Origin: Octopus vulgaris
Taxonomy: Eukaryota
Length of the DNA: 64,000 bases
Assembly (NCBI GenBank): GCA_951406725.2
Contig: OX597816.1
Span: 91,140,001 to 91,204,000 of the forward strand
Direction of reading: 5' to 3'
The number at the start of each line of letters is the position of its first letter. Positions within the stretch are counted from its first letter, which is position 1. The notes beneath the pieces were generated by a model. It was given only the letters and a program-made list of their open reading frames with translations, searched no databases and was not told the DNA's origin. The translations under genes were made by a program, and so were the position numbers. Of this stretch, positions 38,811 to 53,089 are shown piece after piece.

Positions 38811-41072
38811 AGAGAATTTCGCCGAAATTAAAGCCATTTCTTTGTTTAGTGAGTAAAGGCAGATTGAGACTCATTTAGATTTTCCTTCACTCACGTTTGT
38901 GGGGTATGGTGTTTTAAATGAGCTAATCAGCGTGCGTGTTTCTGTGTGCCTGTGTTTGTGTGAGCGAGTGAGTGTAAGAATGTGAGTGTATGTCTGTGTG
39001 CATGAATGTTTGCGCATAGTAAGTCTGTTAAGCCAACGGTAACACTCCAGGGGTTGGGTGGGTAACTAATTTTCGATTCCCATCAGTATTTAATACACTT
39101 TACTTACGATACCAATGACTTTGAGAAAGGCATACATCTCACAACTTCTATTTTATCCACACCTTGAATTTCGTAGCTGATCTGCGGTTATTATTCAGAA
39201 TTATCAGTTGATTCTTTCCTATCAATTCTTTCAAGCAAAGAGACATGCGCACACACATGCCTTATATAACTAATTTCATTATTATATTTAGTCGACACAT
39301 CCTCACAAATACATTTGTTTACATAAACCTCCAAATTTATCTACAACGAACAGGATTGGTTGAATATTTTATCAACTGGGAATTGCTTATTTAGATTCTA
39401 TTTTCAAACTTCGAAATATATATCTTCACATACTCTCTTTCTTGGTCAACTAATTGCATCAGCCGCATAGGTTACTATGAGCACCAACTTTTCACAGCAC
39501 TGTTCAAGTGAGTAGTTCATAATTTTCCTGCTATTAAGACTGTCATCTCACAATATGATATTCGTATCTGATTACTGGTGTGTACTTGAAATTGGAGGGC
39601 GTTCTTTAAAATAAACATCATTTGATAGACGGGTTGAAAGCGGTGGCGTATCCGCAAACAATTCCCCAATCAGTTCGTATACTTTCTACATCAACTTGAT
39701 TACGTATTTAGCAGAGAAAATAATAATCGTTTATAAATGTAAGAATATATAAGCGAATATTATCCATGAAATAATATGTAAACTGATTGGTGAAAAATAT
39801 ACTAGACGCGCTTTAGCAGCTATTTCAAACGTGAGATATTAGCCAGTCATTACCTTAAACGAACCACCAGAGTAGTTACAGGGTGGTGAAAGTTTTCGCA
39901 TATATCTCAAGAAAAGCTCATAAAAATCGAGAAGTAATGCAAAGAATGGCAGATGCTGTCATCTTTAATATTATATATATCAATGAAAGTTCCATTTCGG
40001 CGCCTATGTATTCTTTGACATGCATTCATGCATACAACATAGTTCCATCCCAACCGACATACCTATTCATACACTGACATATAGGCCTACGTATACATAA
40101 AATACTAGCTCACACACTAATGCAAATATACACGTCTACAATAGGAACATTGACAAAATATATTTACCCATACATCAAGATATGCAATTATTTATTTATC
40201 TGGCCACCATATGAACGCAGGCTGTATCGTCTAATGAAGCAGTCAACTGAGAACAACTTCTTGACATAGGAATGCAAACAACAACAATTTGACACTAACG
40301 CACAAGAAATTTAATACGCGAAATGACTTGAAAAACGTGGTAAAAACACAGATTTATTTCCGATATTTGTTGGGCAAATCGGAGAAAGGAGAAAGCCATT
40401 GAGAGCAACAAGCCATTGAGTCAAAAGAGAAAACAAGAAAAGAAAAGAAAAGAAATATGAAGATATTCCTCTCAGAGCAGCGAATGTGTAACAGCTATCA
40501 TTTCAGTCTCTAAATTTTCCCAATTCTTATGTTTGAGGATGAAGTTTGACATTTTAAATGATGAGATACAAGGTATGTGATGTTCATGCCTTTCCCAAAT
40601 TAACCAGCCACATAAGTGAAGCTAAGAAAGATCTAATCACAGAATGAAACCAATTTGTATGACCAGCCCGTGAATGTCTTGCATTTATTGTAACAGCATT
40701 CGCTTCGCTTTTAGAAACATAAAACTAATTTTAATGCTGTAACTAGGTTTTTTTTTCCGGAAGTTAGTTTAGTATTACTTTCAAAAATATTCGGTTAACA
40801 TCAGCGAATGTTTCAAACCACTTCGGGTTGTAACATATTAGAGAGGCGCCAAAATGTAGATTTATGGTAGGAGAGATTCATTGATTGAGCACTAAAATTT
40901 TATATTCAGTATGTCAGGTACAAATCTTCTTCCTAAATGCACGCTTTACTGGCTTAGAGTAATCTTAGGTTTCACATTGTTACATCTGGGTTTGCTATAT
41001 AATGGTTTTCTGAGCATCAGGAAGCCATTATTAAGTATATCTTCATAGCCTAAATGAATTGGTTCTTCAACT

Positions 41073-41097
41073 TGCTGCTGCTGCTGCTACCACCACC

Positions 41098-41156
<59 letters not shown>

Positions 41157-41166
41157 CACCACCACC

Positions 41167-41202
<36 letters not shown>
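41073..41202. repeat. (CTG)n(CCA)n(CTA)n trinucleotide repeat
   Basis: Directly visible. Confidence 0.95.
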
Positions 41203-41203
<1 letters not shown>

Positions 41204-41718
41204 TATTGTTTTCAAAAGTTTCAAGCGAGTTTCAGCTGCACCCTCTGCTGCACCTCTGCTCAAGTGGTATGTGTGCGATACAATCTGGGAGTTTAGAAAT
41301 TTTGTTTCTATGTTATAAATATTTTGTTTAGGGATTGCTTTTATTATTTCAGGTGTTTAATGTTTTGTCTTTTTGTTGTGTAGAATGAGTACAACATGAA
41401 TTGTGTTGTTTCGTTGGATAGTGATTCTGTTCATTTCGTGTATTTTGTGAGTTGTGTTATGTGATTTAGTGTTGGGTTGTGATTGCGCTGAGCATGTGCT
41501 GTGTGAGTTGTAGCATATTATTAGGTTGTGATTCTGTACACGATGAATTACGCGAATTGTTGGTGTGCAGCGTGAGTTGTGTTATTTTGTTTTGGATGAT
41601 ATTTGTTGAGATCAGGGATGATAAAAAATGGTTGACTTCAACTTATCGCTGGGGACTGCAATTGCACAGAGTGCGTCGATAAAGTCTTATAAATACTTAA
41701 ACGTTAAATTGTTCATCT

Positions 41719-41797
<79 letters not shown>

Positions 41798-41803
41798 GTA
41801 TAT

Positions 41804-42019
41804 AGTTAATCTAAACATGAAAACACAAAGAGAAAACACAACAACGCGAGGACGTGGAACAAGTATAGTGTTATTGGACGCTCAGGAAAGGAAAGAAAGA
41901 AGGAGGATTTAATGTTTCGAGTGGAGCTCTTCGTCAGAAACATAGAAAAAGGAAAGATCCAAGGAAGGGAAGACGGAGGAAAAAATTCGCCAACGATACA
42001 CACGCGGTTACATATTGAA
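41804..42019 (-). mobile_element. Family-B ~210-bp element with hammerhead (41907-41941)
   Basis: GTTT-CTGACGA-A-GAG-ctcca-CTC-GAAA-CA-TT-AAAT on the - strand; (TA)n on both sides. Confidence 0.8.
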
Positions 42020-43504
42020 TCAATATATATATATATATATAAGTTTGTATGTATTTATATATCGCAATTCTTCTCATGATGAAAGCATTGCCGCAGTAGA
42101 AAATACTCCCATACTCTAGCAGCTTTTCTACAACCATAAAGGTAAAAACACAGCAGAGAAATACTTCGTCATATCCTCTAATCACAATAAGCATTTTTTA
42201 ACGGTAAGTCCATATATTGTACATTGCTAAAATCAGTTAATTTCTCAGCCTTCTCAATGGAGAGACTAGACAGCCGCTAGTTGAAACCCTGACTTACTGG
42301 TAGATTTATTTATTTGGTAATCTCTGAGTAATGTGGAGTAAATTTAAAAGTGGGCTTTTATGTTTGCATTCATAAATTCGGTTATCAGTTTGTTTTTTTT
42401 TTCAGTGATAAAGTACGATCTACGTTCGTTTCAAGTAATAAATATTTGGTGATGTTAGAAAATTAAATACGATACCTTTTTAGAATGCATTGTTAAAATT
42501 ACTCTCTTTCAAGCTTGCTGTTTGCGTTTCTAACAACGGATAATGTTAACTCTTGAAACGTTCGTATATTATTTTATCACTGATAAAGATAGGTCATGGA
42601 ATAATTATTTAAATTCTAAAAATGATTTTTAATGCTTAAAATAGAAGCCGTTGGTAATAAATTGGTGCTATGAATGTACATATCACTTAAACCCTATGTT
42701 GAATTCACTAAATTTTTAAATTAACGTACCGTTTACTGAGAATTAATGAAGGCTCCGCAAGTTTTGATGGGATGGAAAGATAAAAACTAGGGAGCCCCTA
42801 GTTTTGGAAATATATAGAGCGAGTTGTGTTCAGTTCAATGAATTGAAAATGCCTCGCTTAGAATACGAACTTTGTTTAGCAGGGTTACATTTACACCATA
42901 TAAACCGGTGTCTTATTTTATGTTTTCCTTTACCATAACTATTACTCAACTTCCAGCATACAGTTTATATTCAGTTCAAGATCTTTCTACTTCGATAGTT
43001 CGTCGAATTTCATCCTCCCTGGTGATGTTTTAGAACAAACAGGAGATGCCTTTTAAAACTGAAATAGTTTCATTTCTGTTTCCTACGGAAAAACATGTCG
43101 CAAATACAGCCAAACCGTTGTTGTATATCGTATATGCTACATTTTTGTACCTCTTTTAAATTTTCGTGTCCAAATATCCGCATTTTGTTCAATAAATATA
43201 CATGCCGTCTATATCGTCTTTATATATACTTGTACTTTAACGCTCCCAGGCCTAGACAGCCCAAACATAACGTGGTCTGTCTTACTGTACAGACAGCGTA
43301 ATCTATAGCCCAGATCGCTTTCTTCTTTCATTACGTTCTCATAGGTTTCTGTATTGATTTAGTGCAGCTAAAATCAGACCTACCGTTTGTTGGTTTTGTC
43401 GCGGGGGATATGTATGTATATACATATATATATTTATATATATATACATATATATATATATACATATATGCATATATACACACATATATATATACACACA
43501 TATA

Positions 43505-43592
<88 letters not shown>

Positions 43593-43820
43593 CTAGCAGA
43601 GATACCCGGCGTTTCCCGGTTACATTCAATTGAAGAATTAGACTTTTCTGTTATATTTTCTGTAATGAACTGGAATATCTATGTTTCGAATGTCATCAAA
43701 ATTGCAGATGAGGGTTATTTCCCTCTTTACACACCCTAGAAAATTTGTAATCTTGCCACATGTATCCCATATTACTGATTTTTGTGCGCATATTCCAAAA
43801 TTCCAGTGTTATTGAACCTG
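43593..43820 (-). mobile_element. Helitron-type 3' end (internal extent uncertain)
   Basis: The - strand ends ccgggaaacgccgggtatctctgCTAG followed by T. Confidence 0.6.
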
Positions 43821-44116
43821 TTAAAAAGATTTTACTCCTAAAAAATGAATGTCATGGAGCTCTAAAATGTGAGAGTTAAGGCCCCTGTTGGGGGTGGGCA
43901 TCTTAATGTCAATCAGAGAAGTTGTATTGTTGAAAGTCTTTTTAACTTGGGTCTTATATCTATTGTTTGAATTTCTTTGAAATAGGAAATATTTGTTCAC
44001 TGGGTGTGTAAAAGAGAGCAAAGCTACTGGAAACCAAAAGACGAATGATCACAATAAGCAGTCAGTTACCCTACCCTAATCGTTACTTGAAGTACCGGTT
44101 CAAGAACTATGTTATA

Positions 44117-44171
<55 letters not shown>

Positions 44172-44289
44172 GAGTGTGTGTTTATACATATATGTATATA
44201 TATATGTATACACACACACACAAAGATAAATTGATAGAAACAACTGAGTGGGCAAGCAAAAATATGAGACACTTCGTAGTGCTTTTTCA

Positions 44290-44610
44290 TATTTTGATGA
44301 GCCTGGTACTTATTCTATCAGTTTCTTCTTTTGAAACCAGTAAGTTATGGGGATGTAAATAAACGAACACCAGTTATGAAGCAGTGATGAGGGAGAAACA
44401 CGAAGACACACGCATAGACTTATATAGATACATACATATACATACAATTGATTTCTTTCAATTTCTGTCTACAAAATCCACTGACAAGGCTTTGGTTAGT
44501 CACAGGCTATAGCAGAAGACACATGCCAACTTACCACACAGTGGGACTGAACTGAGGACCATGTGTTTTGGAACCAAGTTTGTTACCACACAGCCACACC
44601 TGCACCTCTG
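44290..44610 (-). mobile_element. SINE family 2, diverged
   Basis: Head and 3' body match 34420-34925. Confidence 0.8.
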
Positions 44611-44832
44611 TATATGTGTGTCTGTGTGTGGGGGGAGGGGGTGTATGGGTGTCTGTGTGTGTATGGGTGTATATATGTATGCATGTATATATATGTATAT
44701 ATATGTGTACATATTACATGTACATCTATATATACATCTAGATATACATGTTTACATATACATGTATATCTGTAGAAATACATCTATACATATACATATA
44801 TACATATACAGCTATACATATACATGTATACA

Positions 44833-44881
<49 letters not shown>

Positions 44882-44964
44882 AATATTAGGGAATAAATCC
44901 AAACTTACAGGGAAAAATCAGATTTAGGATTGAATCCAATTTTATAGTAAAATATTATATTATA

Positions 44965-45165
44965 TTAAATTAGAGACAAAACCACTATTAGGCAAATCAA
45001 ACAATGAAAAACTTAAGCCAATACATAAGATCGTAGTGTGATATTAATTATATTTTTTTAATAATTTTGTTATATATTTAAATAATATAAATTAAATAAT
45101 CTTATGTATTGGCTTAAGTTTTTCATTGTTTGATTTGCCTAATAGTGGTTTTGTCTCTAATTTAA
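44965..45165. repeat. Perfect 67-bp inverted repeat with AT-rich spacer
   Basis: 44965-45031 is the reverse complement of 45099-45165. Confidence 0.9.
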
Positions 45166-45168
45166 CAT

Positions 45169-45201
<33 letters not shown>

Positions 45202-45225
45202 GATGTATATATAGATGTACATGTA

Positions 45226-45476
45226 ATATATATAAAACTAAGAATGTGTGTGTCTGTCTATCTGTCTGTGTGAATCCGTAAAACTTGAGAACTACACAAC
45301 CAATTTCATTCAAATTTTATACATGCCTTACTTAGGGTCCATGTAGTGTCATTGGTAAAAAAAATGCTTAACTTCTTGCGTAGGGCGAGCCCACAGCAAT
45401 ATCACATCTTCTCCATTATTTCAGTATTACGTGTTAAAAGTGAAACAAAAGCATCTCTCTATTGTATGTATATATG

Positions 45477-45525
<49 letters not shown>

Positions 45526-45780
45526 ATATACACATACAATAGAGAGATGCTTTTGTTTCACTTTTAACACGTAATACTGAAATAATGGAGAAGATGTGAT
45601 ATTGCTGTGGGCTCGCCCTACGCAAGAAGTTAAGCATTTTTTTTACCAATGACACTACATGGACCCTAAGTAAGGCATGTATAAAATTTGAATGAAATTG
45701 GTTGTGTAGTTCTCAAGTTTTACGGATTCACACAGACAGATAGACAGACACACACATTCTTAGTTTTATATATATATAGA
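45226..45780. repeat. ~244-bp apparently perfect inverted duplication of a Helitron-type 5' end around (TA)n
   Basis: 45226-45469 is the reverse complement of 45532-45775 (mirror ORFs in the track); TCTATATA...AAAACT 5' end at 45780 on the - strand. Confidence 0.9.
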
Positions 45781-47429
45781 TATATATATACATATATATA
45801 TATACTTATATGCGTGTGTGTGTATGTGCGCATGTGCATGTATACATACATATACACATATATATATTTATGTGAGGTTGTGCGCATAACATCCTCATTT
45901 ATATATGTGTATGTGTATGTATATGTGCATATATCTGTACGTAAATCTATACATATATATATTATATATGTGTATATATACACAAACACGCGTGCGCACA
46001 CACATACACACTCGCGCGCGCACACACACACACTCACTCAGACACGTACATATAAATGTCTGCCAATGTGTGTGTATATTTTGTTGTGAACATCATTATT
46101 TAGTAAAAGTAGGCAGTTTTAAATGTTTATTCGCTTGAATCAACCAGCGATATATTATTAGTTCTAGCTTATGATCCTCTCATCTTAAGCAAACCGTTGA
46201 GCAAATTAGATTCCATTCAATTTCATTTTCTCTGTTTTAATTTTCTTATAGTCCAGAATTGCTTCTATATTTGTATAAGAAAATTCGTAACTATAGCGTG
46301 TCGAATAATTGGGCAGCAACCTGAAGATATCGGGCGACAAGTTTGCCTTTGTTAATCATCACGAGTCATTAACGATAATCTAAGACGATTCATATAATCG
46401 CTCGACCCCACCAGTTCAGTCAGCTCTCAGAATTAAATCACAGCAATAAAGAGATTTCAATCGATAAGAGATTTCATCATGTATGTTATCAGATCCGCTA
46501 TTCTGCTTGAGTACAGCGTCAAACTGTCTGCTTTATAAATTCTTTATTTTCACGAAGCCATCCCCACAAACACAGAATTCTAATCGCCAAATACATTCTA
46601 ATCCACCTGCTTTTCATGCAATTCTATTTGGTCAACGTTTCATGTTTGACCAAAAAATCTACTGTCACATCACAGAGATTTAATTATCTAATTTTCTGTT
46701 GAGAAATAAGATGAAAGAAAACAACTTCCTTTTCCAAATTTGAATTACAATAGCAGTATGTATTTCGTGAACATGATTTGGTCTGAAAATTATAGAATAA
46801 CATCTGAGAGGGCTATATCACTAGCAAAATAACTTGAAAGTGATATCTTGCTGTTTTCATTGTTCCCAAATGTCATGACATTTCATTGTTCTGAGCTAGA
46901 AGTCTAAAAGGAAAACTTTTCATTATATCAACCATATAAAAAACAGATATGGCTAATACTGTCGTGTTACGAGTTGTAGGGTCCCTGCATGCACATGCAT
47001 CTTTGATCTTCTCCGATTAGCAATGATAGCTGAATGGGAATCAATTAGATACTTAAAATCAGCACAGAAGATTAGAAACTAACTACAATTCAAATATATG
47101 ATACAAAAATTGTGCGTCAGATAAAATTCCGACAAATTTGAAAACATGAAAGTATTATAAGAATAAGAAAAAAGAAAATGTTTGCATATCTCTTCACATG
47201 TTTGTAACTTTGTACATTTTCTGACAGAGATAGACGTCTTGATGGAGCCCTACGGCAAATCGTCTATAATACTGAAATGAATGTTCTCAAAAGGCTTTGT
47301 ATTCATTATCAATCCCCCATAACAAATGAAGATTTACATTCTTTAAAAAATTACATTCTTTACAATTTTATAAATCCGTATACCTTAATTACATTGCAAT
47401 ACGAAGATATATAACAAGTACCTTGACAC

Positions 47430-48095
47430 AACTGGTGTATGTATAAAACATATATTCACAAAATCATATATCCAATATAAATTATAATACTCGCATGCAT
47501 TAATATACGTGTGTGATGTAAGTGTGTCGATAATTAAACACTTCAAAATTAAAAGAAAACTTCAGAGATAAAAGTAATAGGCAAGAGAACAAACCGTTAT
47601 TTTAACAGAGGCAAATTGACAGCTACATAGGCGGATAGACGTACCAGTGAAGACTTCAATAAAATGTAAGCATAACAGACCTGATATAATGATTTGGGAT
47701 AGAGAAGAGAAACTGTACAGTTGTGGAAATTAGCTGCCCAGCGAATGTTAACATAAAGCCGAAGATCAGTGAAAAAGAGAACACCTATGCAGAACTATTG
47801 AGAAATCTGCAGTTACTCTATCCAGATTAGAAGTTCAGGTTTTTACCTGTAATTATTGGGGCCCTGGGATGTGTAATACACTGCCTAAATACCAATCTTG
47901 AGAAATTAGGTGTCTCAAAACCAGAAAGGAGAACGCTAATTCGAAGACTACAGATCCAATCTATCACTGGAACTGTAAAAATCTGTAAAACTTACCAAAC
48001 GCTTAGCATTTAAATATTTATGAGTATCTCTAGATATGAAACTATATGCATGAAAATACATACATCATACATACATACATACATACATACATACA

Positions 48096-48129
<34 letters not shown>

Positions 48130-48330
48130 CATACATACTTGCATACATACATACATGCATACATACATACATACATACATACATACATGCGTGTGTGCGT
48201 GCATACATACATGCAAACATATATACATACATAATACCATGTTGTTGATGAAATTCCAATGAAGGAACCTTGGATCTAGGTTAGAAACTGGTTCTTTCTC
48301 TATTGGCAAGAAATCTTGAAATAAACCGAA
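47430..48330 (+). mobile_element. 3' end of an REL-endonuclease non-LTR retrotransposon (R4/Dong-like) with (TACA)n in its 3' UTR
   Basis: KCKHNRPDIMIWDREEK...VVEISCPA...EKENTYAEL...FLPVIIGALG. Confidence 0.85.
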
Positions 48331-48601
48331 TATTATTCAGTTAATTTCAAGAGTGAGTGTGCGTGTGTATGTGTGTAAGTGTAAGTGTATGTATGTGTGT
48401 GTGTGTGTGTGTATACACAGATAGATAAATAGATAGGTAAATAGATAGATAGGTGTCAAAGATATGAGGAGTTTTCATCAGGGTGACGCTCTGAGTGCTC
48501 AAATTCCGATCTGAGCTGCAGTTGAATTTGTGGTTTTGTGATAGCCTTATCCAAAACGGCTAGAAGTGGCTTCTCCTTGATTCAGTAGGTACAAGCAAAA
48601 G

Positions 48602-48892
48602 TAGAAAGGGAAGGCAAACAATTTGGCAAGATTTGACAAGGACATTTAGTTTAATTTAGCTATATAATGAAAGGCAAAGATAGTCTCTGACAGCTGCTTC
48701 TGGTATATCCCAACTATTGAAACAATGTGCCGAGATACTCAACATGTAGAATCTTCGCACGGCACGTTGTTCCAATAGCTGGGATATACTAGAAGCAGCT
48801 GTCAGAGACTATCTTTACTTTTCATTATATAGCTAAATTAAACTAAATGTCCTTGTCAAATCTTGCCAAATTATTTGCCTTTCTCCTTTCTA
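48602..48892. repeat. ~130-bp imperfect inverted repeat with 27-bp loop
   Basis: 48602-48732 versus 48760-48892; few mismatches, mostly transitions. Confidence 0.9.
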
Positions 48893-48980
48893 TTTTAACC
48901 TAGACAGACAACTATATATTTATGAATTTATAAATATATGTATATAAATATATGTATATATGTATATATATATATATATA

Positions 48981-49215
48981 TCTTTATATATGTAAAACTG
49001 AGGATGTCTGTCTGTCTGTGTGTTTCCCTAAAACTTGAGAACTACACAACCAATTTCATTCAAATTTTACACATGCCTTACTTAGGGTCCATGTAGTTTC
49101 ATGGGCAAAAAATGTTCAACTTCTTGCCTAGAGCGAGCCCATAGCAATATCATATCTTCTCCACTATTTCAGTATTACGTGTTAAAAGTGAAACAAAAAC
49201 ATTTCTCTATTTTAT
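48981..49215 (+). mobile_element. Helitron-type 5' end, same family as 45226-45780
   Basis: Starts TC after A; colinear with 45226-45462. Confidence 0.7.
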
Positions 49216-49974
49216 GTCAGATACTTTCACTTTAACAATAAAAATAATAATAACAATTGAATTATATGTCGTAAGTAATAATTAAAATCAAACTAAAGTA
49301 TAATATAATCGTAACATAACAAAAGTAAATATAGCAACTGGTATTAAATTGCATCAATGACTTGAACTTGAATAAGTGGTTTCACATGAATGGGAATAAA
49401 TTAAAAATAAAATTAGCGTGCAGAAATGGAATAGTCCAGATGGATAATAAAAAATTAAATTAAAGAAAAGACTATTGTCTATAAAGTATACAATGTAGAG
49501 AAAAAAGAAGATTTGAACTCATGGAGGAAATCACATTCGAAAAGTGTCTTGGTGGGACTATGAAAGATATCTAATCAGAGACGGTAAATTCGCCACAATA
49601 GAAGCAAGGTTCGAGTCAACGGAGCGTGCAAAGGAGTACTCGACTAGAACTTGCAAAGTGGAAATATTTTATTTTTACCTTTATATCTGGGACGTAGGAC
49701 GTCCCGGAAAAAAAAAAAAAATCCCCCACCCGCTCAGATGTAGAGGTAGGCTGGATTGTAGCCACACTTCTATACAAGAGGGAGGATACAATTGATCGAA
49801 ATTACAAGAGACGGGCTAACAATTCCAGTCTGTTATATATTTTGAGTATTGTTATCACTAGCGATATCAAGATATAACTTTGTATTTTGTATTTTATGTG
49901 TAGATGTATATATATATAGATGTACATGTAATATATACACATATATACATGCACTAGCACTATGACCCGGCAAC

Positions 49975-50134
49975 GTAGGAGTGGCTGTGTGATAAGTAGC
50001 TTGCTTACCAAGCACATGGTTCTGGGTTCAGTCCCACTGCGTGGCACCTTGGGCAACTGTCTTCTACTATAGCCTCGGGCCGACCAAAACCTTGTGAGTG
50101 GATTTGGTAAACATAAACTGAAAGAAGCCTGTCG

Positions 50135-50135
<1 letters not shown>
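49975..50135 (+). mobile_element. SINE family 2, head
   Basis: gtaggagtggctgtgtgataag...gggttcagtccc...gaaagaagcctgtcg then (TA)n. Confidence 0.85.
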
Positions 50136-50180
<45 letters not shown>

Positions 50181-50184
<4 letters not shown>

Positions 50185-50569
50185 CAGTATCACCCGGTGT
50201 TGCTTGGGTTTGTTTCGACCCTTTAGAATTGGTATTTTTGAAAAGTAAAAATTTTGCATTATGCAACTTGTTATTCTCTTCAAGTGAACATTTTTCCAGT
50301 TGAAATACACCGAAAAATGGTGACACAGCAGTCAAAAATCGTAAAAAATAGGGATTTTCATAGAAAAAAAGCACCTTTTTGATGTAAATAATTTTTGGTG
50401 TTAACATGGTCCGATTTGAATTTTATCTTCTACAGAATGAAGAGCAAGCCTTCTTCTATCATACTCTCAATTTTGGTCAACTTGCGCTGCAGGGTCTCGA
50501 AGGAGATAGTGTTAATTGAAGGCTACCAAACCTGCCACACACAGACAACTTCAGCTTTATAAATATAGA
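50181..50569 (-). mobile_element. Short non-autonomous Helitron
   Basis: 5' A|TCTATATTTATAAAG and 3' ccaagcaacaccgggtgatactgCTAA|T. A second Helitron-like 5' piece lies at 50572-50687. Confidence 0.7.
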
Positions 50570-52261
50570 TTTGCTACACACAACTTTCCATCCTTAATAA
50601 TGAAACTTGGTAGATCCAAAAGTTAAACACACAGACACACACACAGATACACACACAGACACACAAGTTGAGTTTTATATATATAGATTTCTCAACGGGG
50701 ATTTCAGGGGAGAGTTTCAGGGAGTCGCTGGCGATGTATCGTGATGATCAAAAATCCGACCTGCTAAAATTTGGTTAAAGTGATTCAAACTGCAGACTCA
50801 ACGCAAAATGGTCACATTTAATTCAAAGCGTTAAAAATGTTATGAAAACAATTGGTATGTGTTCACAAAGTCCAAACGATTAATACGAAAAAACCATCCA
50901 GACTACATCCCGAAAATTCATTTCTTTGCCGAATTTCTACAATGTTTACGGCGATTCATTTTTATATCTTGATTTTTTATTTTTCATGCAATTTACGCAT
51001 GCTTGCACGCGTGGTGAACACAGTTCACGTCAAACAGCTGACTGAGTAAAGTTCACTATTCAATGAATGGGATAAGGCCTAAACAAACACATTATCGATT
51101 TTTGCACTTGCGAGATGAATTTCGGAACAGAAATCGCTTGACGACTGATTGATTGTCATTACTTGGAAACTATACTGAAAATACGACTGTGTTCCCGTTT
51201 AAAATTTTTTATTGTCGCTTTCTCGTATTTCGGATGTTGTTTTCTAGACAACTGCAGAACATGACATCTGGCTTGTAGAGATTAATATATGACAATGTAG
51301 TTTGTATTACATCTATAAGTCTATCACCAAAGTTTTACTTCTTATTCAAGGTCCTAGGAATTTTTATTTTTAGACTTTAAGGTTCTATGAGCCCCACCCA
51401 TAAACCCACCCACGAACAATAAATAAGTTTGAAAACGCTTGCCCTAACAGACACGTACACACATACTCAATGTGCGCACAGACACACACACGGAAGCACA
51501 CGCACACTCACACAAACGCGCGCACACACGCAAACACATAGACATACATAGACACACATACAGTTACACACACAAACTAACGTACATTTCTAAATAAATA
51601 GCATTGACGGAGTGTCAGTCTATCTAGGTCTTGTGTGTCCTTGTATCTGGTCGTCTGTGAGCGTGACACTAACAATTCTAAAAGTACAGCAACATTTACA
51701 TAGAGTCGTTCTAAAGAAATTTTATCATATACACTACTTTGCCTCATCTATTTGGAAGTAGAGAGTGGCTTACACAAGTTTAACTAGTTTTTATTCATGT
51801 GTCATAGTTCAAACGTGCATGCATACACACAAATCCCACATACGCTCACACGTTGACTAACCATTCTATCGCTGACTTCTTAAAGGGTCAACTTTATTCT
51901 CATTATGATTTGCCTTCTTTCACAATATAACGATGGCCTTCCAGATTTTTCTTTATCATACACTGAACTAGCAATGAATGTCACATTTCGTTTTCTTTCT
52001 TCTCTATTTTTTTTCGCGAGAGGGCGTGTAATAGAAGGCAGTGTAAATAGATCCTTCTTTGGGCTATGCAATAATTTATATTTTCTCAAAGGCATTTAAG
52101 ATACGCCCACTCTTATAACACAGTTGAATAATTACAATCCTAACCACATTTTAACTACTTCTGCACCTCATCTATTACAATGTTTTTCAGTCACCACGGA
52201 ACTATGTCATTTCGCCAACTATAAAACCATTACACTCACTGCCCTCTTTACAAAGTCTCAC

Positions 52262-52303
52262 CCGATGACTCTAACTACTACTCCTCACCATCATCATCGC
52301 CGG

Positions 52304-52334
<31 letters not shown>

Positions 52335-52487
52335 AACAACAGCAACTACTGCTACTACCATTACTATGCTGCTACTACAACTACTAAACTGCTGCAGTTG
52401 CTGCTGCTGCTGCTGCTATTACTACTACTACCGCAACCACTATCACCTCTAGCACTACTCCCCACCACCACCATCACCACCACCACA
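52262..52487. repeat. (CAA)n/(CTA)n/(CTG)n/(CAC)n low-complexity tract
   Basis: Directly visible. Confidence 0.9.
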
Positions 52488-52844
52488 GTCCATGTTTGAA
52501 CCAAGCTTAACGTTAACAAAAAAAATATCCAAAATAGAAAATGAATGGTGCAAATGTCAGCGAACTTTCCAGTATTGTGTGATTTGTGATCATTAAATGC
52601 TGTTTTCCCCTCATTGATATATTTCAACAAATAAGAATTATGCCCAGATTAATGTTGCCTTTGGACATGGCTGAGCCGAGGGTCAATTCTTTGAGGTGGG
52701 GGTGGGGAAATAACAATTAAATTAATATACTTCAGAAGGTTATTGGTATTGATTAATGGTCTTCGGATGGAATGAAGAGCAGTGTCTTCAACTCTGACAA
52801 GACTTTGATTCAGAAAGTAGAGTATGCTAACCAAGTAAAAAATA

Positions 52845-53089
52845 AATAAATAAATGCGTCCTTTTAAAGCCTAGCCAGGCTCATGGGCCTGGTTTCCCGG
52901 TTTCAGTGGCACCAGTCCCGGGACGCCAGTCCATCGCAGCGTTACTCATTTTTGCCAGCTGAGTGGACTGGAGCAACTTGAAAATGAAATGTTTTGCTCA
53001 AGAACACAACGCGTCACTCGGTCCAGGAATCGAAACCACAATCTTACGATCATAATACTGACACCCTAACCACTAAGCCACGCGCCTCC
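52845..53089 (-). mobile_element. tRNA-derived SINE, family-3 head with a different 3' end
   Basis: ggaggcgcgtggcttagtggttagg...gtttcgattcc; atgctaaccaagta is duplicated on both sides (TSD). Confidence 0.9.

Noticed and set aside
41340-41690. GT-skewed segment as a possible GIY-YIG remnant
   Set aside because: Resemblance is too weak to call without a search.
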